Under the pieces are notes generated by a model. The model worked only from the letters and a program-made list of their open reading frames with translations, was not told the DNA's origin and ran no database searches. A stretch of 64,000 bases of DNA from an uncultured Campylobacterales bacterium. Lineage in GTDB: Bacteria > Campylobacterota > Campylobacteria > Campylobacterales > Arcobacteraceae. Each line of letters starts with the position of its first letter. The first letter of the stretch is position 1. The translations under genes were made by a program, and so were the position numbers. This document shows, piece after piece, positions 51,201 to 64,000 of the stretch. The stretch lies in contig CANLWY010000009.1 in assembly GCA_947494995.1 (NCBI GenBank), positions 15,945-79,944 of the forward strand. Reading direction: 5' to 3'.

Positions 51201-54200
51201 GTTATGAGAATTATTCAGAGGATTTAACTATAAATATGGGTGCAGGAGCAGCTGCTACAGGTGATAATGATATTCTTACAAATATCGAGAATGTAAAAGG
51301 TGGTACAGGAAATGATACCTTCTTAACAAATGTTGCAGTTGCAAACCATTTTGATGGAAATGATGGTGTAGATACTTTAGATTTCAGTTCAATTACGGAA
51401 ACAATTGATGTAACTTTAAATGGTGCAACTCAAACAACAATTGATTTTGGAGGAGTACAACCTTCAGACACAGCTGTAAATATTGAAAATATTACAGGTG
51501 GTAGTAATAATGACACTATTATTGGTGATAATGAAAATAATATATTCTATGGAAATGCAGGTGAAGATACATTAAATGGTGTTGATGGAGATGATACTTT
51601 ATTAGGTGGAGCTGATAATGATTCTTTAATAGGTGGAGCAGGACTTGACTCTATTGAAGGTGGAGCTGGAAATGATAATATTGAAGGTGGGTCTGATAAA
51701 GATATTATTTATGGAGATGATTCTGCTAATACTCTAAGTGGTGATGATATTATTGATGCTGGAACAGGAAATGATACTGTTTATGGTGGACAAGGAAATG
51801 ACTCTATTGAGGGTAATGCCAATGATGATAAGCTTATTGGTGGTTTAGGAGTAGATATCATAAATGGTGGAACTGGAACTGATATAATTTATGGTGATGA
51901 TGAGACAAATCAAGGAAATGATGCAGGTTCAGGAGATACATTAAGTGGTGGTCTTGGAAATGATAAGCTTTATGGTGGATTTGGAGATGATACTCTAGCA
52001 GGAAATGAAAATGATGACGAAATCTATGGTGGAGCAGGAACGGATACTGTTGATTATAGAACAGCAACATCAGGAGTTACTGTAGATTTAGGAAATGATG
52101 GTTCTACTTCTCAAAATGTAGGTGGAGGACAAGGACTAGATAAAATTACAGAAGTTGAAAATGTATTAGGTTCAAGTTTTGATGATACATTCTATGCAGA
52201 TATAGCTTCTAATAATAGATTTGATGGTGGAACAAACGCTGGAGTTGAGACTAATTCAGATGAAATAAATGGTGATACTGTTGATTATAGTGATAAATTA
52301 GACCAATCAGGAGATAGTGTTGTTATCGACTTAACAAATGCAACAGCAACAGCAACTGTATATGATGCTAGTACAACTATAACAACTACAGATACTTTAG
52401 TAAACATTGAAAATATCACAGGAACTTCAGGAAATGATGAAATCACTGGTAGTGCAGAGAATAATACTCTAAAAGGAATGGCTGGGAATGATACTCTTCA
52501 AGGTGGAGATGGAAATGATACTTTAGATGGTGGAGCAGGAATTGATAAAGCTATCTATACATATGCAGGAAGTTCAGTAAATATTGACCTTGATAGTGAA
52601 ACAGCTGTTGTAAATGGAACAGATAGTGATACTTTAATTGATATAGAAAATATTGATGGTTCGGCATATGATGATAAAATCATTATGAAAGCTGGAGACA
52701 ATCCAAATGTTATTGATGGAGCAGGTGGAGAAGATACTGTTTCATATGAAAAATATACTACTAATGTTACTGTTGATTTAGGAGATAACACATCTCAAAC
52801 TGTAACGGGTGCTGATAATGATACATTATTAAATATAGAAAATCTTATTGGTGGTACTGGAGATGATACTTTCACAGGGTCTGATGGTATTGATAATAGT
52901 TTAGAAGGTTCACAAGGTGATGATAGCTTTATTGTTTCAAGTGGAAATGACTATATAGATGGTGGAAATGAAGATTCTGGTGCAAGAGGTAAAGATACAA
53001 TTGATTATAGTTCTTTAACAGATGGTGATGCAGATATTTCTACTGGTGGATTAAATGTAACATTAAATGGTTCAAATGTAGTAAATCTTACGGTTGATTC
53101 TGATAATAACGGAACATTTGATGGTTCTGATAAAAGAGATGAAATCATAAATATTGAAAATGTAATAGGTACTCAAAATAGTGATACTATTATTGGTGAT
53201 GATGCAGTAAATACACTTATTGGAAATGCAGGAAATGATATTATAGATGGTGGAATTGATGCTGATACACTTATTGGAGGAACTGGTGATGATACTTTTG
53301 AAGGTGGTGCTGGAAATTTTGATGATGTAATTTATGGTGGAAACTTTGATGGTGTAACTCATACAGATAGTGGAATAGATACTGTTGACTATAGTGCAGC
53401 GGTATCTTCTGTAACAGTAAACCTAAATGATGTATCAGGAAAAAGTGTAGTAGCAGGTGCAACTGGATATGGAGAAAGTATTGATCAAGGTTTAGATTCA
53501 TTATTTGGGATAGAGAATGTTGTAGGTTCAACTTTAAGTGATAGTTTTGTAACTAGAGTAGGTGAGACAAATATAATTGATGGTGGCACAAATGGAGTTC
53601 AGGGTGATACTATTGATTATAGTACTAAAAATACAGCTGTTGATGTAACATTAAATGGTTCTACACTTACAAATGTAGTTATTACAGGCGATAGTGATGA
53701 CCAAATTCAAAGTATCGAAAATGTTATAGGAAGTAGTGTTGCAGATAATATTTTTGGAGATAACCAAGTAAACACATTAGATGGTGATGCTGGAGATGAT
53801 ATCTTATCAGGTGGTTTAGGAAACGATACTATTATTGGTGGAAGTGGGACAAATACTGTTTCATATGCATATTCAACTTCTAGTGGTGTAACTGTTGATT
53901 TAGCATTAGGAACAGGTGTTATAACTGCTTCAGATAGTGATATTTTAACTCAAGTTCAAAATGTAATTGGTACAGATTTTGTAGATGAAATTACAGGAAA
54001 CAGTGAAGTAAATATTTTATCTGGAGGAACTGGAAATGATACTTTCTATAGTTCAGGAAGCAATGACCAAATAAATGGTGGCGATGACAATGACACTATG
54101 GATTATAGTAATAGTACAGGAAATAAAATCCTAGTTGATTTAAGTTCAAGTTCAAATGTAATAGTTGATGAAGCAAGTGGTGATTTTTCAACACCAATTT

Positions 54201-57200
54201 ATACGGATTCATTAACAGATATTGAAAATATTGCTGGAAGTAACAATGATGATACTATAACAGGAAATGCAAGTGTAAACACATTATCTGGAAATGATGG
54301 AGCAGATACTTTAAATGGTCATGGTGGAGCAGATGTTATAAATGCAGGTGCAAATGACGATTTAATTATAATGTCAAATGAAACACATACTATAGGTGAT
54401 GATATAGATGGAGAATCAGGTTTTGATACTATAGATTATCAAGGTTTTACAACTGATGGTCTAACTATTAATATGGCTGGTACAACAGATGTTGATGTTA
54501 CTGTTGGAGCAACTGCTAATCATCATACTTTTACTGGTATTGAAAATATTATTGCAACAAATCAAATTGATAGTATAACAGCTGATGAAAGTTCAAATAA
54601 AATCATAGGTATGCAAGGTAATGATAGTATTGCTGGACAAGGTGGAAACGATATTCTTTATGGTGGAAATGAAGCAAATAATCTAGCATCAAGTGGAAAT
54701 GATACTCTTGATGGTCAAAATGGAGATGACACTCTTTATGGTGGAGATGGCTTAGATAGACTAATTGGTGGAGATGGGAAAGATGTCCTTTATGGAGATG
54801 AGGGAGATGACTCTTTACTAGGTGAAGCCGGAGATGATACTATCTTTGGTGGAGCTGATAATGATAATATCAAAGGTGGTCTTGGTGCTGATGAAATGTC
54901 GGGTAATGCAGGAAATGATACATTTACTTTCCAAAGATCAGATGTTGATGATGACATTATCTATGGTGGTGATAGTACTACTGACAGTGGAATAGATACA
55001 GTTGATTACTCTCAATCATTTAATGGTATGACAATTACTCTTGGTGAAGGTGATGCACAAGGTATTGCAACTTCTGCTGACCAAGGTACAGATTCAATTT
55101 ATGGTATAGAGAATGTTATAGGTTCTGATACTGATGTTTATTCTGATAATATTACAGGAAATAGCGAAGTAAATACTTTAAGTGGTCTTGCTGGGGATGA
55201 TACTATGTATGGACTAGCTGGAGAAGATACCTTATTTGGTGGAGCAGATGATGATGAACTTCATGGTGGGAATGATTCTGATTCTATTGATGGTGGAACT
55301 GGGGATGATAAAATTTATGGTGATGCAGCTGCCGATAATCTAACAGGTGGAACTGGAAATGATACTTTCTTCTTAGGTGCTAATGATGGTTTAGATGTAA
55401 TAGATGGAAATGAAGATAATGATACTTTAGATTATTCATCTATTACAACTGGAACTCCTGAAACTGATGGTATTGTAGTAAGTTTGGAAGGTTCAACTCA
55501 AACAACAGTTACTATAAATTCAGTTGACCAAGACCAAATCTCAAATATTGAAAATGTAGTAGGTACTTCTAATAATGATACATTTACAGGTGATGCAGGA
55601 GATAATACACTAACAGGTGGAGCAGGAACTGATGAAGTAAGATATGATTATGCAACATTAGGTGTAAGTGTAGATCTAGAAGCTGGAACTACAACAGAAG
55701 ATGCCGGAATTGATACCTTAAGTAGTATTGAGAATGTTTTAGGTTCTAGTCACGATGATACTTTTGTAACTGCAAGTGGAGTATCAAATGTTATTGATGG
55801 TGCAGGTCATAGTGATGGTGATACTATTGATTACAGTTCAAGAAATAATTCAATTAATGTAACACTAAATGGTTCAACATTAGAAACAGTTACTGTAACT
55901 GGTGATAATAATGACCAAATTAGAAATATAGAACATGTTACTGGTTCAACTAATAATGATGATATTACGGGAGATGGATTAGATAACACTTTACTTGGTA
56001 TGGATGGTGCAGATGTTCTTTCTGGTAATGCAGGTGCAGATTATATAGATGGTGGAGCTGGAAATGATCAAATTACTGGTGGAACGGGTGCTGACAACTT
56101 ACTAGGAGGAGCCGGTGATGATACTTTTGATGGTAATACTTTTGATGGAGATACTATTAATGGTGGTTCAAACACAACAGATGGTGATACAGTAGATTAT
56201 TCAGCTATTGCAACACATGGTGTAACAGTTGATTTAGATACTACAAATGCAAGTACAGTAACAATAAATACTGTTACTCATACATTAGCTGATATAGAAA
56301 ATGTAGTTGGTACGAATCAAAATGATGATATAACAGGTGATTCAAATAAAAATATTTTATCAGGGAATCAAGGTGTTGATACTATCTTAGGTGAAGAAGG
56401 AAATGATACTATTTATGGAGATGAAGGAGCTGATACTTTAAGAGGAGGATCTGACAATGATGTTATTTATGGTGGTGATGCACTAGATGATAATATGCTT
56501 GATAGTGATACTCTTTATGGAGATGCAGGGGCCGATACTCTTTATGCAGGTGATGGAGATGATGTCTTAATTGGTGGAATAGGAAATGACTCTTTATTTG
56601 GAGGAGATGGTTCTGATACAGTTGATTATAGTTCTTCTACTACTACTATTGATGCAACATCAACAACTTCAATTATTGTTGGTGGGACTGAGATAGATTT
56701 TAGAAGTAGTATAGAGAATGTAATAGGTTCAAATGTTGCTGGAACAGGAGATATTATTTCTGATGTTGATGCAAGTGCAACTTCAAATACTTTAATAGGT
56801 CTTGATGGAAATGATACTATTACTGAGGGTGCTGGGGATGATAGAGTTGAAGGTGGTGAAGGAAATGATACTATTTTTGCAGGTGCTGGAAATGATATTA
56901 TTGATGGAGATGACACTGATGGATTAACAGTAAATGGTACTTCTGATACGTTAGATTTTACAAATCTATTAATTAGTGATGATACAGGTGATACAAGAGA
57001 TGTATCAACTGAGAGTGGAAGTGATTTATATACTGGAGTTGAAATTGACCTTTCTATAACCACAGCCCAAAGAATTCATGCTGAGTTTGGAACAGATACT
57101 ATTACAAATATAGAGAATGTAATAGGAACTGGAAAAGCTGATTATATTGCAGGTAATAATGAGGCAAATGAACTTGAAGGAAGGTCAGGAAATGACTATT

Positions 57201-60200
57201 TAATAGGTCTTGATGGTGCAGATAGTTTTAAAGGTGGAGATGGTCAAGATACTATTGACTTCTCTGCTGGTGGAGGTAGAGTTTTTGTTGATTTAACAAA
57301 AGAACAAACTTTAGGTGATGATACCTCTTATAGAGTTCAAGAAGATGGTTATGGAAATGGAAATAAAGAGTATGTTGATGGTGTAGAACATATTACAACT
57401 GGTGCAGGTGATGACACAGTTTATGGAGATGACCAGTCAAATAGTATCTTAACTGCTGCTGGAGATGATGTTATTAGAGGTGGAACAGCAGCTGATTATA
57501 TTGATGGGGGAACACATGGAATAAATGGAGATACTGTTGATTTTTCTGATTTAGGAACTACAAAAGTTGTTGTTGATCTTGTAAATGAAACTGCACAATC
57601 AGGAAGTGATACTGACCAGATTATAAATATTGAAAATGTCATAGGTACAAGCGAAGACGATACCATTTATGGAGATGCAAATAATAATACTATTCAAAGT
57701 GGTTTAGGTAATGATTTAATCAAAGGATTAGATGGTGTAGATTATATTGATGGGGGAGCAGGTTCTGATACAGTAGATTTCTCTGATGGAACTCAAAAGA
57801 TTGTTGTAAACTTAACAGACATTGCCGCAAATAGAGTTGTAAATGATGGATTTGGAAATAGTGAATATCTTAATGGTGTAGAAAATATAATAGGTACAAA
57901 TTTAGCTGACACAATTTATGGAGATGCAGAAGATAATAAACTTGAAGGTGGACTTCAAGGGGATACTCTTTATGGAAATAGTGGTGATGATACTTTAGTT
58001 GGTGGAGATGGTGCCGATACTTTTAGAGCAGGTACAGGCAATGACATAATTTATGGAAATGCAGAAAATCCTACTAGTGCAGATAGTAGTAGAGATGTTA
58101 TAGATTACTCTGATATAGCAACCTCAATGACTGTAGATTTAGATAATCAAACTGCAAGTGGAATAGGTCAAGGAATTGATACTCTTTATGATATTCAAGA
58201 TGTTATAGGTTCACAAACTGATGATGATATAACTGGAACTCATGGAGTCGAAAACTCACTATTTGGAGCAAATGGAGATGATGTATTCCATGGAGGATTA
58301 GATAATGATGCCATTTATGGTGGAGTTGTAACTGCTGGAAGTCATATTGATAATGGAAGTGATACTGTAGATTATTCATATATAACTGCTGCAGATGGTA
58401 GAGCTATTGATGTTGACTTATCAAGGGATGACTCAAATGCAACTACAAATAATGAAGAAGAGATTAGAGTAATAGGAACTCCTACTTCTTTTGATTCATT
58501 AGAGGGAATTGAAAATGTAATTGGTACTCAAAATGATGATATTATCAAAGGTAGTAACTCTATAACTGAAGTTAATATTTTAGATGGAAATTTAGGAGAT
58601 GATACCTTTTATTCTTCAAATGGTGTAGATAGTTTTATTGGTGGAGATGGTATTGATACATTAGATTTTACAAATAATGGTGGAGTTAGTGTACATGTAG
58701 ATTTAGATCAAGATAAAACTATAGATGATGGATTTGGATATGAAGATTATATTGCAAATGATATTGAAGAGATTATTGGTTCTACAAATAATGATATTAT
58801 AAGAGGTGATTCTGCAAACAATACATTAAAAGGTGGTCAAGGACTTGATCAGATCTTTGGTGGAAGTGGAAATGATAGTATTGATGGAAATGATGGAGTA
58901 GATACCTTAAAAGGTGAAGATGGAGAAGATACACTTCGTGGTGGAGCAGATGGTGACTCAATATATGGTGGAGCTGATAATGATATTATAGATGGAGAAG
59001 CAGGTGATGATACAATCTTCTTTGGAAGTGGAAATGATAATATTACAGGTGGAACAGGAGTTGATACTTTAACTTATGAAGAACAGATTATTACACGTTC
59101 AGGAATTACAGCAACATATAATGATATTGGAGCTTCAATTGATGTTGGAGTAGATGGCACTGATACTGTAACTGATCATATGGAAATATTAAAAGGTACA
59201 GGTCTTACGGATGTTATGACTGGGTACACAGGTACAGATAATGGAAATAGTTATAATGAATCTTTATTTGGACTTACTGGAGATGATACACTAAGTGGTG
59301 GTAGAGGAGATGACTATTTAGATGGAGGAGATGATAACACTGCAGATACTTTGATATTTACAGATGCACAAAATGGTGTAAAAGTTGACTTAAGTGTAAC
59401 TCAAACCTTAGGAGATGATATAACTTATGCAGTTCAAGATGATGGTTTTGGTGACCAAGATTATGTAACTAATATTGAGAATATTACGGGTACAAGTTAT
59501 GTGGATACAATTGGTGGAGACTCAGATGATAACTCAATTGGAGCTGGACAGGGTGATGATACTCTTTTATTATCAACAGGTACTGATATTTTAAATGGAG
59601 AAAATGGATCTGATTGGTTATCTTTAGAAAATATTCAGTCTAATATTGATTTATTAAATGTAACTCATTCTGAAGCTATGAATAATAATGGAACTACAAC
59701 AATAACTGATATTGAAAATATTTTAGATTCTACTACAGATACAAATGATAAACATTTATGGGGAACATATGGGGATAATACTTTTATTACATATACAGGA
59801 ACTGATAGAGTTTATGGAAGAGATGGAAATGATGTAATAGATGCTGGTGATGGCAACGATTTTGTTTACTCAAATGAAAGAACTTCATTAAATGCAATAG
59901 GAACAGGAATTGATACTATAATTGGTGGTGATGGTATAGACCGTTTAGATTATTATAGTCATGGTAATGGGGATAATATTGATGGAGGTATTAGTTCAAA
60001 GGTAATATTACAAGATGCTTCAATAGATACAAACTTTGATTTTGTAGGAGATACAAATTTAACAGCAACTACTTCAAATATTGATGTGTCAGGTCTTAGC
60101 TCTTTAGCAGATGGAACTCATACTTTTGTTCAAGTTACAGATGGTACAGGAAATACAGATTATATCTATCAAAATGGTTCAGGTAATGTAGATTTTGAAT

Positions 60201-63200
60201 ATTTCTTATTAAGTACAGTTGGTGACACTATGATTGGTGATGAAGCTAACAATACAATTAATTCAAACTATGGTAATGATACAATCCTTGGAATGGGTGG
60301 TGAAGATACTATTTATGGTGGATATGGAAATGATATATTATATGGTGGAGCAGATAATGATCGTATAGAAGCTGGAGATGATGTGGACATTATTTTAGGA
60401 GGAATAGGTAATGATATCATTTATGCTGGAAATGATAATGACACTATTTATAATGAAGAGGGTGACGATTTTATTGACGGACAAGCAGGAAGTGATACTC
60501 TTATTTTCAAAGAAGGAACTCAAGGTATTGAAATTGATTTAACTGGAATTACTGATAATGCGACAGATTCTTTTGGTAATCTTGAAACTATAAGAGAAAT
60601 TGAACATATAACAGCTACAGATTTTGTTGATACAATTATTACGAATGATTCATGGAATGTTATTAGAGCTGGGGATGGTAATGATACTATTTATGGTTCA
60701 TTAGGTTCAGATAGCTATTATGGTGAAACGGGAGATGGCGATTTACTTGATTATAGTAATTTAGTAGGAGTAGGAGTAACAATTGAGTTAGAGGATAATG
60801 CTACTATCACTCTTCCTGGACCTGTAGTTTATAATCAAACTATTTTAGGTATTGAGAATGTAAGAGGTAGTGATTCTGATGATAATATAGAAGGATTTAC
60901 AAATGTTAATACTCTTTGGGGTGGTTCAGGTAATGATAGTATATTTGGAGATGCAGAGGCTGATACTCTTTATGGAGATGCTGGTAATGACACTTTAAGT
61001 GGTGGAATAGGAAATGACCTACTTGATGGTGGAGCAGATGAAGATTATGTAGATTATGGTGATAGAGCAGATAGAATTATTGTTGATTTAGATGCTTTGG
61101 GTAATGATAGTGTTAGTGTTGGTGTATTTGGTGAAGTTGATACAATTGCTAATATTGAAAATATTAGAGGTAGTACAGTAGCAGATACAATAACTGGTAA
61201 TGATTTAGAAAATACAATATTTGGAGATAGAGGAACTGATACTTTAAATGGTGAAGGTGGGAATGACTATATCCATGGTAATGCTGATGAAGATAGTATT
61301 ATTGGTGGAGCAGGTGATGATATTCTTAATGGTGGAACAGGAGATGATTCTTTTATTACTTCTTTAGGTGATGGTGATGATATCATGAATGGTGGAAACA
61401 ACATTGATATTATAGATTATAGCTCAAGAAGTAGTGTAAATATAACTCTTTTAGATGATGGTGCAACATTTACTTATGGAACAACAGCTGTTGAAACTGG
61501 AGAAGACACAATTTCAAATATTGAGGGAATCATAGGTACAAATGCAAATGATTCAATTACAGGAAATAATCAAGATAATATCTTCTATGGAGGGGGTAAT
61601 ACTGATATATTAACTGGAAATGAAGGTTCTGATACACTATATGGACAAGATGGTGATGATACTTTAATTGGTGGCTCAGGAGATGATACTCTTGATGGTG
61701 GAAATGGAGATAATGATTGGGTTCATTTTGGTTCTTCACCTTCTATAACTGTAGACTTGAGACCTGAAGAAGGGTCAGCTACTGGAGAAGGTACAGATGT
61801 AATTAGTAATATTGAACATGTTAGATTTACAGATGGGGATAATCTTGTTCAAGGAAGTACAGCAGATAACTCTTTTGTAGCTGGAAATGGAAATGATACT
61901 TTAAGCTATGATGGAGCTACAGGAAGTATTGATGTTGATTTTGATGCAGGAACAGTAACTACAACTACAGATGGAGCTGATGTATTTGTAGAGTTTGAAA
62001 ACTTTATAGGTACAACTGTTGGTAATGATACTTTAAGAAATGACTCTGTAAAAGCAGATAGTGACTTTGCTACATTTGATGCTTTAGGTGGAAGTGATAC
62101 TGCTGATTATTCTGCTAGTTCACAAAATATAGGTGTTACAGTAAATGGGGCAACTATTACTCTTGAAGATGATACTACAACTCCAACTAATGATGATGTT
62201 TTATCAAATTTTGAAGTTTTACAAACAGGTTCAGGAAATGATGTCTACGAAATTCAAGATATTGGAGCTATTACAACATTAGATGCAAATGGTGGTACAG
62301 ACTCATTAAGTGTTACTGGAACAAATGTTGATTTATCAGCTGTTCAGTTATTAAACTTTGAAGAAATATTAGCTAAAGATGGTCAAACAGTTACTATAAA
62401 CACGGTTGTAATTACAGGTAGAACATTTACATTACATACACAAGGTACTGGAAAAATTATCGTAAATGCTTCATCTACTCCATCTGAACATGATTACACT
62501 AATATAACAGTTAACAATGAAGATCCAGCTGGAAGAATTGAGTTAAATGTTGATAATACACTTGATTTAACTTCACAAAATATTGAAGGCTTAAGTGGAA
62601 ATATTTTTGATATTTTTGATATAGCTGCTAGTGAACAACTAACTTTAGGAGCTTCTCAGATAGATGGAGAAACTGTTGATATAGCAGGTAATGGTAATTT
62701 GGTATTAGAAGCTACTACAACAGCAAGTGACCATAATTTTGATAACTTGACAAAAAGTGGAAGTGGTGATATTACATTAGATGTAGATGGAAGTGTAGAT
62801 TTAAGTTCAGTTGATTTAGGTGCTGTAAATAGATTTGATATTTCAGCAAGTCAAGTTTTAACACTTCAATCTTCGCAAGTAAGTGGAGCAACACATATTT
62901 TAACTGGAGCTGGTAATCTTCAAGTAGATGCAAGTAATGCAAATAGTACAATTGATTTAAGTACTCTTGTAAGTGACAGTTTTTCAGGAGATTTAATTGT
63001 AAATGATGGAACAGGTAATAATATTATTACTTTAAACAATATGGATTCAACTACAAACTTAACAGGTGGAGATGATAATCTAACACTTGGAACAGGTACA
63101 AATATTGTAAATATTGTTTCTTCAAATCTTTCAAGTGCAGATACAATTACTGCTACTGCTGGTTCAAATGATACTTTAAACATAACAACAGCAGGAAGTG

Positions 63201-64000
63201 TTGATTTAACATCTGTAAATCAAGTTGAGACTATTAATTTAGCAGATGGAACAAACACTGTAACAGTTGGTGCAAATACAACTATAATTAATGGTGGAAC
63301 GGGTGCAGATACATTTAATATTGCAAAAGCAAACTTAAGTAGTACAGATGATATTGATGGTGCAGGTGGAAGTGATGTTATAAATATCACAGATAATGGT
63401 GGAGTATATACAGATTCAGATTTTGCAAATATTACAAGTATAGAAACTTTAAATTTAAGTGACACAGGAAGTGATACTATTACTTTAGGTGATACAAATA
63501 TACAAGCTTCAGGTATAAATACAGTAAATGCAAGAGGTGGAGACGATACCATTACTATTATTAATACAAGTGGTTTAACAACTGTTGATGGTGGTATTGC
63601 AGGAAGTGATAATCTTGTAATTGGTGTTGATGGAATGAATTTTACTTCTACAACAATTACAAACTTTGAAATAATAACTGTAAATGGAAATGTTGACCTA
63701 AGTTCTAAGTTTGATTCAAATGTTAGTAATATTGTTATTGCAAATACTAAAACATTAACAGTAGATGCTTTGGATATAAATAATGATGCAATTTCTATAA
63801 ATACTAATACATCAGGAGAGTTAATAATAACTGCTGATACATCAACTCCATCAAATAATGAATTTGGCGGTTTAGTTAATACTGGAAGTGGAGATATTAC
63901 TTTAGATATTAATGCTAGTGTTGATTTAAGTACTGTAAGTTTAGGTGATGTAAATGCATATGATATAAGTGCGGGAGAAACTCTTACTTTAGATTCATCT
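36281..64000 (+). CDS. giant RTX-type calcium-binding repeat protein, 5' part only (over 9,240 codons, continues past the window)
   Basis: ATG 36281 follows GAGGA (36269-36273) and an in-frame TGA at 36239-36241. I hand-translated this frame at 36281-36400, 37562-38900, 40619-40920, 47759-47900, 49982-50040, 50519-50890, 52021-52450 and 62200-64000 and found continuous sense protein each time. The track lists no stop-terminated + ORF after 36091, as expected for an ORF with no stop in the window. The N-terminus reads [22 protein letters not shown]... It is followed by dozens of GGxGxDxLx nonapeptide runs such as GNDTLDGG and GDDTLEGG. Confidence 0.9.
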   Translation, partial: MATDNKYVKYQNKSVKIIDKPQIDENISVYVRPGDLVDFKIPGINLEDLEYELVGGDIVIEIPDYGTFTFVSMALMGYNDTPPRFASSSGKQLTLSDILSEVEEINSLPIDSLVSNAEINIPDNTARDNQEGDATENNAESTPVVIVQEVEVAPDENPDVEETPAEFEIPPVEAPEVIENLNTSTDDSSDSNSKTEESITEGATPTLNFDINVQHVDLTDSTTSSKLTVEGGGGVSYDNIYPDTNDTADRASIIKQTDAEIIDYSNISNVQASSVVINADSSDYFSSDIVSRTIILNPEQPEGYAIEKITLSSSHDIDGFVAAYGTVVNQQWVVQKDNPDTEEIDGFTYDSTGNIQVSFSLNRTQTNPNFEVNVEAESVFNILNVSEENRATIEVPVETTLTYEKAYGVNIKEVENINDPDEYFFESFTNSIGEVVDSGFVITTNINDNIIYGSKEVENTINGGLANDTITTGIANDTILANEGNDTIVSGLGDDLVDGGEGNDTLDFSSIDNQNNIGIDANLINGTVEGDGLDTISNIENITGTQDNDILTGNSEVNILKGENGVDTLFGNEGDDTLEGGAQDDTLEGGLGEDVLKGDSGNDTVSYERANGSVTVNLEDDANSPGLGSASGADGVDTLSDFENIIGSNYDDTINGDGSANILTTLDGNDYITGGTGNDTIDGGDGIDTIDFSASGSTQEVDLSINRAKGGEGTDRLFNIENVIGTSFDDEIIGDDKSNLLNGGEGDDTIDGGLGNDTLLGGIDDDILSGGLGDDTIDGGLGEDYADYSSVTSNTQKGVEVSLLETTAQDTVNAGNDLLIDIENLIGSAFNDTLIGDANNNSILSGTGNDTIISGGSATSGNDYVDGGSGDDLLSFSTSAEVINVDLGISDVQTTGNGDIQIRNIEDLEGGSNNDTLLGNSSSNELYGLAGNDFLDGKEGNDTLFGGLGNDKLDGGIGVDSIFGEDGDDVLIGGLGNDILDGGTDINGDTVDYEESDDAVILTLAETNNDASAFVGVEVDTIRNIENIEGSRYNDTLGGNSDNNTLDGNQGNDTLIASDGNDLLIGGEGNDTIDYSARNNSIELTLSDSNQADLFENGIAKDKIYRVENVIGSTNDDAITGNSDDNILKGQEGNDTLLGALGNDTLEGNQGDDVLNGEEGDDTLLGGLDNDTLISGAGNDLFDGGTGVDTIDFSSATITGVNVDLSSSGIQEVSGTEGYDRILNIENIIGSTFADTLVGNAEDNIIDSGIGNDILKGKAGNDELIAGLGNDTLEGGAGDDILNGGDGLDTADFSEATQSVNIDLSATGSVDIGAGLGQDTFISIEGAIGGAYDDTIVGTNGANNIVGGDGNDTLISMGVDDITNGNVDTIDGGNGTDLISFGFTSDDIALDLSNSAEQATGGAGRIIVSNVENIDGSFGNDTLTGNDEDNTLKGGFGSDTLVGTEGNDTLDGGKNSDSHRISINGASSASIYTIIIGAITLSTAAAADDVMLDDIVSQFNAQNSDGSLGVMLRDGNELLLQTTQTVTLPNGDFIDTPSTFIDTVDYSSFSTESVDVDMIAGTVDVSDGSQDRIIDIERVVGSQTDDNIVGDTNNNILEGQAGNDIISGGEGNDTILGEDGSDTLYGGAGNDSISGGNDNDILFGEAGDDSLSGGLGKDTLSGGAGDDIVEGGSNDDTIIASFQDSAEDADNINDTIDAGELGETIGDTIDYSGTDFTNHKITADLTAGTIAVDGGDSDLVSNVENIIGTDYNDSNNTTIEDIITGTSEANIIDGKAGDDSLLGEQGNDTIYGGAGYDTILGADDSDSLYGNSGNDYLDGGSGDDYIDGGLNNDTLKGGSGTNILVGGNGVDTVDYSGSKAIDVDLSLSSSQNVFKDNTANDSISEIENVIGSDLSDTIKGNNQNNSLFGGAEDDTLYASEGDDTLDGGTNGINGDTADYSNQAQNIVLTTASGTRDYSVTKNSGTDSLIDIENIRGSNLDDTMIGDSLNDTFHGGEGNDLLRGNAGEDTLYGEGDNDTIDGGADNDLLLGGSGNDTFISSIADGSDIIDGGDDLDTIDYSAETNSIDVTLNGSSDTFVNINSTPNDQIKNVENIISGSANDTLIGDSLDNTFIANAGNDTLSGAGGNDYLDGGNEADSSRGSDWVDYSTATSTGITVDLNKTNAQTISATEGNDTLVNIENVKGSIFDDTLIGDDGDNTLEGGEGDDTLKGNAGDDSFIGGNGLDTVDYSDVTQKLVIDMASLPTTEIAPGQGIDTYDSIEGIIGGTNDDTLTGTADANVLAGSAGNDTLTGNGGDDTLDGGEGTEDLVNFSYSSNDIVLDLSLGDAVQSTTEGNLIVKNIENIQGGSGNDILTGNSEENTISGGLGNDTLFGKSNNNLLDGEGGIDTADYSGISTSVGIDANMNTGLVEYNLTSQDTLVNIENIRGTKNSDTIVGNTSDNVVNIFEGMGGSDVISGGSGNDTIYGAQNGNDLSSTDLADTLSGGAGDDVINGQTGDDTLSGDSGADTLNGGEGSDTANYSYLDAGSNAVTVDFTTNTANDSTDTDTLSSIENAIGSTNNDSFIMDSSTTTANRIDGRTGVDTLDYSDYINSITVNLDNNNDNTDGVNGTVVSGADTDTVLNIENLTAGTNDDIITGSFFDNSLFGNTGNDTFFSSSGNDTLNGGTNTATGDTADYSNASSGIVVSGGNSVDKTTGGTDTLIDIEKIEGTNFLDIMTGGSSSDIFYGGEGNDTLRGEDGADTLYGDEHNDIISGGADNDTIYGGTGTDTVDYSSRNESITLTLNSSSGTASIGISGEEDTLYEVENVSGSTVADNITGDENANVLEGNAGADNLNGGAGVDTIRGGANNDIIDGGADGDYIYGDSGDDTINGADFSGDIIDGGDNTSVGDTIDYSSLSNGIELTLSESNSSDSNVTVNGIPANHKIINIENVIGTGSIDIITGNSENNTLQGRNGDDTLIGGDGLDYLSGGNDNDSIEGGAGNDTLHGDDGDDILKGGAGDDSLIGGAGNDTADFSDANASITVDLASPAPIGAGLGSDTFDSIEGVIGGIYDDVLRGTTGQNTLIGGAGNDTLYGLGSSGDADFLDGGAGDEDFVSFDYAIPASGGVTVDLSNTNAQNTDGDLTDDLIIRNIENVEGGAGNDVITGNASDNTINALDGNDIINGSGGSDTIDGGADTTGDTVNYSSLASGITVNATGVGSYTVTKTDGIDTLTNIENITASGQDDSLIGDGSNNTFYGGAGNDYLDGAGGDDSLYGETGNDTIRGGTGNDHIDGGDDTDTVDYSYILDGDTTPNTGGVQLTLNGSTQTNATIDSDNSGTFGGSDEIDEIVNIENVIGSQNNDSITGDSNINTIVGEDGNDTLTGAGGADRLEGGTGNDTLQGDAGADSLYGNEGNDTFIQTATLNDTTGDIINGGADIDTVDYSNVGAYINVNLNDTNPANVYLNGSITADHQVQNVENITGTILNDTIEGNVFDNVLDGHDGTGDTISYENTNSSVVVNLGGELTTPDLNLDSTTESTILANSGTGALAGTDTLLNFENIIGTANADTLIGNSGVNTINGGAGDDLLLGGAGSDSLIGGIGEDTVSYALEASVDASIRDARGEVGVDTDQFTGIENIIGSTGDDIIEGDSSNNTLIGGAGEDTLSYEDANSSDSTGVTVTLSDSATPYIIDTINDGTDTISGFENILGSIKNDILSGNSQDNTISGATGDDTLSGGAGVDELNGGTGNDTFLIKTADIDNSIDVINGDGNTDTLDYTGIGNSHYINVNLSTTTAQILQNGTNSLEDTDTINNIENVNGSSSGDIITGDNIDNELNGMAGDDQLNGAAGADTIDGGAGADTIDGGAGADIINGGTEDDIIDGGADADILSGEEGDDTFIQRDGETTGDVINGASHATLGDTVDYSNFNSSLEINLNNTNDVKVSGVNDHQIVNVENITGSTVDDIITGNNQVNTILGGDGDDTIDGGLGADYLDGQGSTAIGNKLTYSSLAQSVRVDLTTNSAITDLDADGFTYDGSGNNTDVDDEQDTILNFKTVEGSTNNDILIASNSGNSLLGNIGNDTLTGGTAADYLEGGANLDTFILGNNNGINGADTIDGGTGRDTADYSGITDTSRSISVELEGSEVKTVTINGADNDTLTNVENVIGGSGNDNIIGDGGINTLEGGIGNDFLDGADGKDVLRGGDGIDNILGGDKEDTIYGDAGNDDLKGENDADSLFGGAGDDTLAGGEGIDYLDGGTHDSVGDSIDFSTESGKLDINLRDVDINGFAQAQLDNVGDDFLKDIENIKATNQDDYVGGNESINTILALNGNDVIVGDDGADHLEGGDGDDTFKAGVDTNGDKVLEDANDGADIIDGGNNIDTVDYSNISKSIDVTLNGSTDTTVSIADYDNDTIRNIENVIGSSVNDTISGDSGVNTLDGSAGDDTLYGAAGNDTLIGGTGVDTADYTNAGGLVIADLSVANAEVSADGDGSSDNLIDIEKIIGSSYGDTLDGFDNADTLYGGAGSDTISGEKGADDLRGYGLSSGSDSDIDTVSYAYVASADEVNVDLAAGTAIVNVSGDTTDSDTLSGFENVIGGAGDDTIGGSSIANVIKAGSGNDTITGQEGDDDLQGEAGNDTFIATGVNDGIDSIDGGGDSDTVDYSILGVGNEITLTLAETGNTNQITIAGSGDADNIKDVENVIASQGIDTITGNSGVNTIYGQDGNDIVDGKAGNDSLFGEEGDDTLKGGLGDDYIHGGNNTAIGDTVDYSDASSSVNIDMSGSSVNVGAGLGTDTLVDIENALGSDYDDTFVTDETSNNRFYGGNHQTVGDTVDYSSRLTDANDKIVADLTSGNVDVYNDGTTTIDATDTLYDIENITASSGDDTIDGDSNVNTIFGLSGNDTILGGAGNDYLDAGIGLDDRVDYSYSGTTPVTINLQNGTGVVSGSDSDTLVGFENVTGTDGNDTIILKTDSGNRELIENEIDGGTGTSDTVSYENYSEDLTINMGAGAAATGDNDILTNIENVKGGTGNDTFLTNVAVANHFDGNDGVDTLDFSSITETIDVTLNGATQTTIDFGGVQPSDTAVNIENITGGSNNDTIIGDNENNIFYGNAGEDTLNGVDGDDTLLGGADNDSLIGGAGLDSIEGGAGNDNIEGGSDKDIIYGDDSANTLSGDDIIDAGTGNDTVYGGQGNDSIEGNANDDKLIGGLGVDIINGGTGTDIIYGDDETNQGNDAGSGDTLSGGLGNDKLYGGFGDDTLAGNENDDEIYGGAGTDTVDYRTATSGVTVDLGNDGSTSQNVGGGQGLDKITEVENVLGSSFDDTFYADIASNNRFDGGTNAGVETNSDEINGDTVDYSDKLDQSGDSVVIDLTNATATATVYDASTTITTTDTLVNIENITGTSGNDEITGSAENNTLKGMAGNDTLQGGDGNDTLDGGAGIDKAIYTYAGSSVNIDLDSETAVVNGTDSDTLIDIENIDGSAYDDKIIMKAGDNPNVIDGAGGEDTVSYEKYTTNVTVDLGDNTSQTVTGADNDTLLNIENLIGGTGDDTFTGSDGIDNSLEGSQGDDSFIVSSGNDYIDGGNEDSGARGKDTIDYSSLTDGDADISTGGLNVTLNGSNVVNLTVDSDNNGTFDGSDKRDEIINIENVIGTQNSDTIIGDDAVNTLIGNAGNDIIDGGIDADTLIGGTGDDTFEGGAGNFDDVIYGGNFDGVTHTDSGIDTVDYSAAVSSVTVNLNDVSGKSVVAGATGYGESIDQGLDSLFGIENVVGSTLSDSFVTRVGETNIIDGGTNGVQGDTIDYSTKNTAVDVTLNGSTLTNVVITGDSDDQIQSIENVIGSSVADNIFGDNQVNTLDGDAGDDILSGGLGNDTIIGGSGTNTVSYAYSTSSGVTVDLALGTGVITASDSDILTQVQNVIGTDFVDEITGNSEVNILSGGTGNDTFYSSGSNDQINGGDDNDTMDYSNSTGNKILVDLSSSSNVIVDEASGDFSTPIYTDSLTDIENIAGSNNDDTITGNASVNTLSGNDGADTLNGHGGADVINAGANDDLIIMSNETHTIGDDIDGESGFDTIDYQGFTTDGLTINMAGTTDVDVTVGATANHHTFTGIENIIATNQIDSITADESSNKIIGMQGNDSIAGQGGNDILYGGNEANNLASSGNDTLDGQNGDDTLYGGDGLDRLIGGDGKDVLYGDEGDDSLLGEAGDDTIFGGADNDNIKGGLGADEMSGNAGNDTFTFQRSDVDDDIIYGGDSTTDSGIDTVDYSQSFNGMTITLGEGDAQGIATSADQGTDSIYGIENVIGSDTDVYSDNITGNSEVNTLSGLAGDDTMYGLAGEDTLFGGADDDELHGGNDSDSIDGGTGDDKIYGDAAADNLTGGTGNDTFFLGANDGLDVIDGNEDNDTLDYSSITTGTPETDGIVVSLEGSTQTTVTINSVDQDQISNIENVVGTSNNDTFTGDAGDNTLTGGAGTDEVRYDYATLGVSVDLEAGTTTEDAGIDTLSSIENVLGSSHDDTFVTASGVSNVIDGAGHSDGDTIDYSSRNNSINVTLNGSTLETVTVTGDNNDQIRNIEHVTGSTNNDDITGDGLDNTLLGMDGADVLSGNAGADYIDGGAGNDQITGGTGADNLLGGAGDDTFDGNTFDGDTINGGSNTTDGDTVDYSAIATHGVTVDLDTTNASTVTINTVTHTLADIENVVGTNQNDDITGDSNKNILSGNQGVDTILGEEGNDTIYGDEGADTLRGGSDNDVIYGGDALDDNMLDSDTLYGDAGADTLYAGDGDDVLIGGIGNDSLFGGDGSDTVDYSSSTTTIDATSTTSIIVGGTEIDFRSSIENVIGSNVAGTGDIISDVDASATSNTLIGLDGNDTITEGAGDDRVEGGEGNDTIFAGAGNDIIDGDDTDGLTVNGTSDTLDFTNLLISDDTGDTRDVSTESGSDLYTGVEIDLSITTAQRIHAEFGTDTITNIENVIGTGKADYIAGNNEANELEGRSGNDYLIGLDGADSFKGGDGQDTIDFSAGGGRVFVDLTKEQTLGDDTSYRVQEDGYGNGNKEYVDGVEHITTGAGDDTVYGDDQSNSILTAAGDDVIRGGTAADYIDGGTHGINGDTVDFSDLGTTKVVVDLVNETAQSGSDTDQIINIENVIGTSEDDTIYGDANNNTIQSGLGNDLIKGLDGVDYIDGGAGSDTVDFSDGTQKIVVNLTDIAANRVVNDGFGNSEYLNGVENIIGTNLADTIYGDAEDNKLEGGLQGDTLYGNSGDDTLVGGDGADTFRAGTGNDIIYGNAENPTSADSSRDVIDYSDIATSMTVDLDNQTASGIGQGIDTLYDIQDVIGSQTDDDITGTHGVENSLFGANGDDVFHGGLDNDAIYGGVVTAGSHIDNGSDTVDYSYITAADGRAIDVDLSRDDSNATTNNEEEIRVIGTPTSFDSLEGIENVIGTQNDDIIKGSNSITEVNILDGNLGDDTFYSSNGVDSFIGGDGIDTLDFTNNGGVSVHVDLDQDKTIDDGFGYEDYIANDIEEIIGSTNNDIIRGDSANNTLKGGQGLDQIFGGSGNDSIDGNDGVDTLKGEDGEDTLRGGADGDSIYGGADNDIIDGEAGDDTIFFGSGNDNITGGTGVDTLTYEEQIITRSGITATYNDIGASIDVGVDGTDTVTDHMEILKGTGLTDVMTGYTGTDNGNSYNESLFGLTGDDTLSGGRGDDYLDGGDDNTADTLIFTDAQNGVKVDLSVTQTLGDDITYAVQDDGFGDQDYVTNIENITGTSYVDTIGGDSDDNSIGAGQGDDTLLLSTGTDILNGENGSDWLSLENIQSNIDLLNVTHSEAMNNNGTTTITDIENILDSTTDTNDKHLWGTYGDNTFITYTGTDRVYGRDGNDVIDAGDGNDFVYSNERTSLNAIGTGIDTIIGGDGIDRLDYYSHGNGDNIDGGISSKVILQDASIDTNFDFVGDTNLTATTSNIDVSGLSSLADGTHTFVQVTDGTGNTDYIYQNGSGNVDFEYFLLSTVGDTMIGDEANNTINSNYGNDTILGMGGEDTIYGGYGNDILYGGADNDRIEAGDDVDIILGGIGNDIIYAGNDNDTIYNEEGDDFIDGQAGSDTLIFKEGTQGIEIDLTGITDNATDSFGNLETIREIEHITATDFVDTIITNDSWNVIRAGDGNDTIYGSLGSDSYYGETGDGDLLDYSNLVGVGVTIELEDNATITLPGPVVYNQTILGIENVRGSDSDDNIEGFTNVNTLWGGSGNDSIFGDAEADTLYGDAGNDTLSGGIGNDLLDGGADEDYVDYGDRADRIIVDLDALGNDSVSVGVFGEVDTIANIENIRGSTVADTITGNDLENTIFGDRGTDTLNGEGGNDYIHGNADEDSIIGGAGDDILNGGTGDDSFITSLGDGDDIMNGGNNIDIIDYSSRSSVNITLLDDGATFTYGTTAVETGEDTISNIEGIIGTNANDSITGNNQDNIFYGGGNTDILTGNEGSDTLYGQDGDDTLIGGSGDDTLDGGNGDNDWVHFGSSPSITVDLRPEEGSATGEGTDVISNIEHVRFTDGDNLVQGSTADNSFVAGNGNDTLSYDGATGSIDVDFDAGTVTTTTDGADVFVEFENFIGTTVGNDTLRNDSVKADSDFATFDALGGSDTADYSASSQNIGVTVNGATITLEDDTTTPTNDDVLSNFEVLQTGSGNDVYEIQDIGAITTLDANGGTDSLSVTGTNVDLSAVQLLNFEEILAKDGQTVTINTVVITGRTFTLHTQGTGKIIVNASSTPSEHDYTNITVNNEDPAGRIELNVDNTLDLTSQNIEGLSGNIFDIFDIAASEQLTLGASQIDGETVDIAGNGNLVLEATTTASDHNFDNLTKSGSGDITLDVDGSVDLSSVDLGAVNRFDISASQVLTLQSSQVSGATHILTGAGNLQVDASNANSTIDLSTLVSDSFSGDLIVNDGTGNNIITLNNMDSTTNLTGGDDNLTLGTGTNIVNIVSSNLSSADTITATAGSNDTLNITTAGSVDLTSVNQVETINLADGTNTVTVGANTTIINGGTGADTFNIAKANLSSTDDIDGAGGSDVINITDNGGVYTDSDFANITSIETLNLSDTGSDTITLGDTNIQASGINTVNARGGDDTITIINTSGLTTVDGGIAGSDNLVIGVDGMNFTSTTITNFEIITVNGNVDLSSKFDSNVSNIVIANTKTLTVDALDINNDAISINTNTSGELIITADTSTPSNNEFGGLVNTGSGDITLDINASVDLSTVSLGDVNAYDISAGETLTLDSS
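37660..62110 (+). repeat. coding repeat field: RTX nonapeptide runs alternating with 'DYS ... V.L ... DTL..IEN..GS...D.I.G' modules
   Basis: Examples: 37666-37800 [46 protein letters not shown], and 47759-47893 with five consecutive GGAGADTID-type units. The IENV/I-GS motif recurs at irregular intervals of about 250-500 nt (37890, 38205, 38440, 38745, 39350, 39600, 39950 and onward). Confidence 0.85.
62200..64000 (+). repeat. second repeat class inside the giant ORF (Thr/Ser/Asn/Val-rich, no GGxGxD)
   Basis: A unit of the form ...S.H.F..L...[23 protein letters not shown]...LTL.SSQ is seen at about 62467-62670, 62707-62890 and 63829-64000. Confidence 0.6.

Noticed and set aside
37660-62110. 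The periodic short repeats could be mistaken for a CRISPR array, a minisatellite or a non-coding tandem repeat.
   Set aside because: The period is irregular and the units are degenerate at the DNA level. All of it lies in one open reading frame with strong codon periodicity (GGT/GAT/GAA/ACT). There are no constant direct repeats with unique spacers.
37819-63552. About 20 minus-strand track ORFs (60-145 aa) inside the 36.3-64 kb region, many Pro/Ser-rich (for example 47575..47913 [24 protein letters not shown] and 56626..57063).
   Set aside because: They are antisense shadows of the giant + strand ORF. Codons such as GGT GGT GCT GGA GCA GAT contain no stop when reverse-complemented and read as Ser/Pro/Ala runs. 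The longest one sits exactly over the most regular nonapeptide run (47759-47893). None has an RBS or a recognisable family.
1-64000. A search by eye of all intergenic gaps for rRNA and tRNA genes and known riboswitches.
   Set aside because: No gap is long enough for rRNA and none shows a tRNA cloverleaf or conserved T-loop (GTTCRANYC) context. Only simple hairpins and promoter-like boxes were found.

Overview
This is a strongly AT-rich bacterial chromosomal window. The gene set (adk, carB, metX, xseB, tandem SlyD-type FKBPs, a CHASE3 chemoreceptor) and the TGnTATAAT extended -10 boxes fit a Campylobacterota / Arcobacter-group genome, but that assignment is inference only. From 1 to 19.6 kb there are densely packed housekeeping genes and small regulons: rhodanese, GIY-YIG, pseudouridine synthase, adk, two FKBP paralogs, a matrixin-like protease, an MCP, acpH, an ArsP-like permease with ArsR, YeeE/YedE, MarR-GNAT with LysE, adenosine deaminase, metX and xseB. 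From 19.7 to 28.4 kb lies a defence-type block. It holds radC and a complete type I R-M operon with an antitoxin/toxin pair wedged between hsdS and hsdR and translationally coupled to hsdR, followed by a convergent XRE regulator and an orphan histidine kinase. At 29.4-31.0 kb there is a two-lipoprotein operon. The first product ends in an intein-like Hint module with almost no C-extein, and the second combines Sel1 repeats with a peptidoglycan-binding motif. At 31.1-36.1 kb are carB, a YrdC-like gene and a DUF234-type ATPase. The dominant feature is absent from the supplied ORF track. From ATG 36281 to the window edge at 64000, one + strand reading frame stays open for 27,720 nt (9,240 codons) with no stop reached. 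It encodes a giant acidic RTX-type calcium-binding repeat protein with a hierarchical repeat organisation and a change of repeat type near 62.2 kb. All track ORFs in that region are short antisense shadows. I recognised no rRNA, tRNA, CRISPR array, transposase or integrase.
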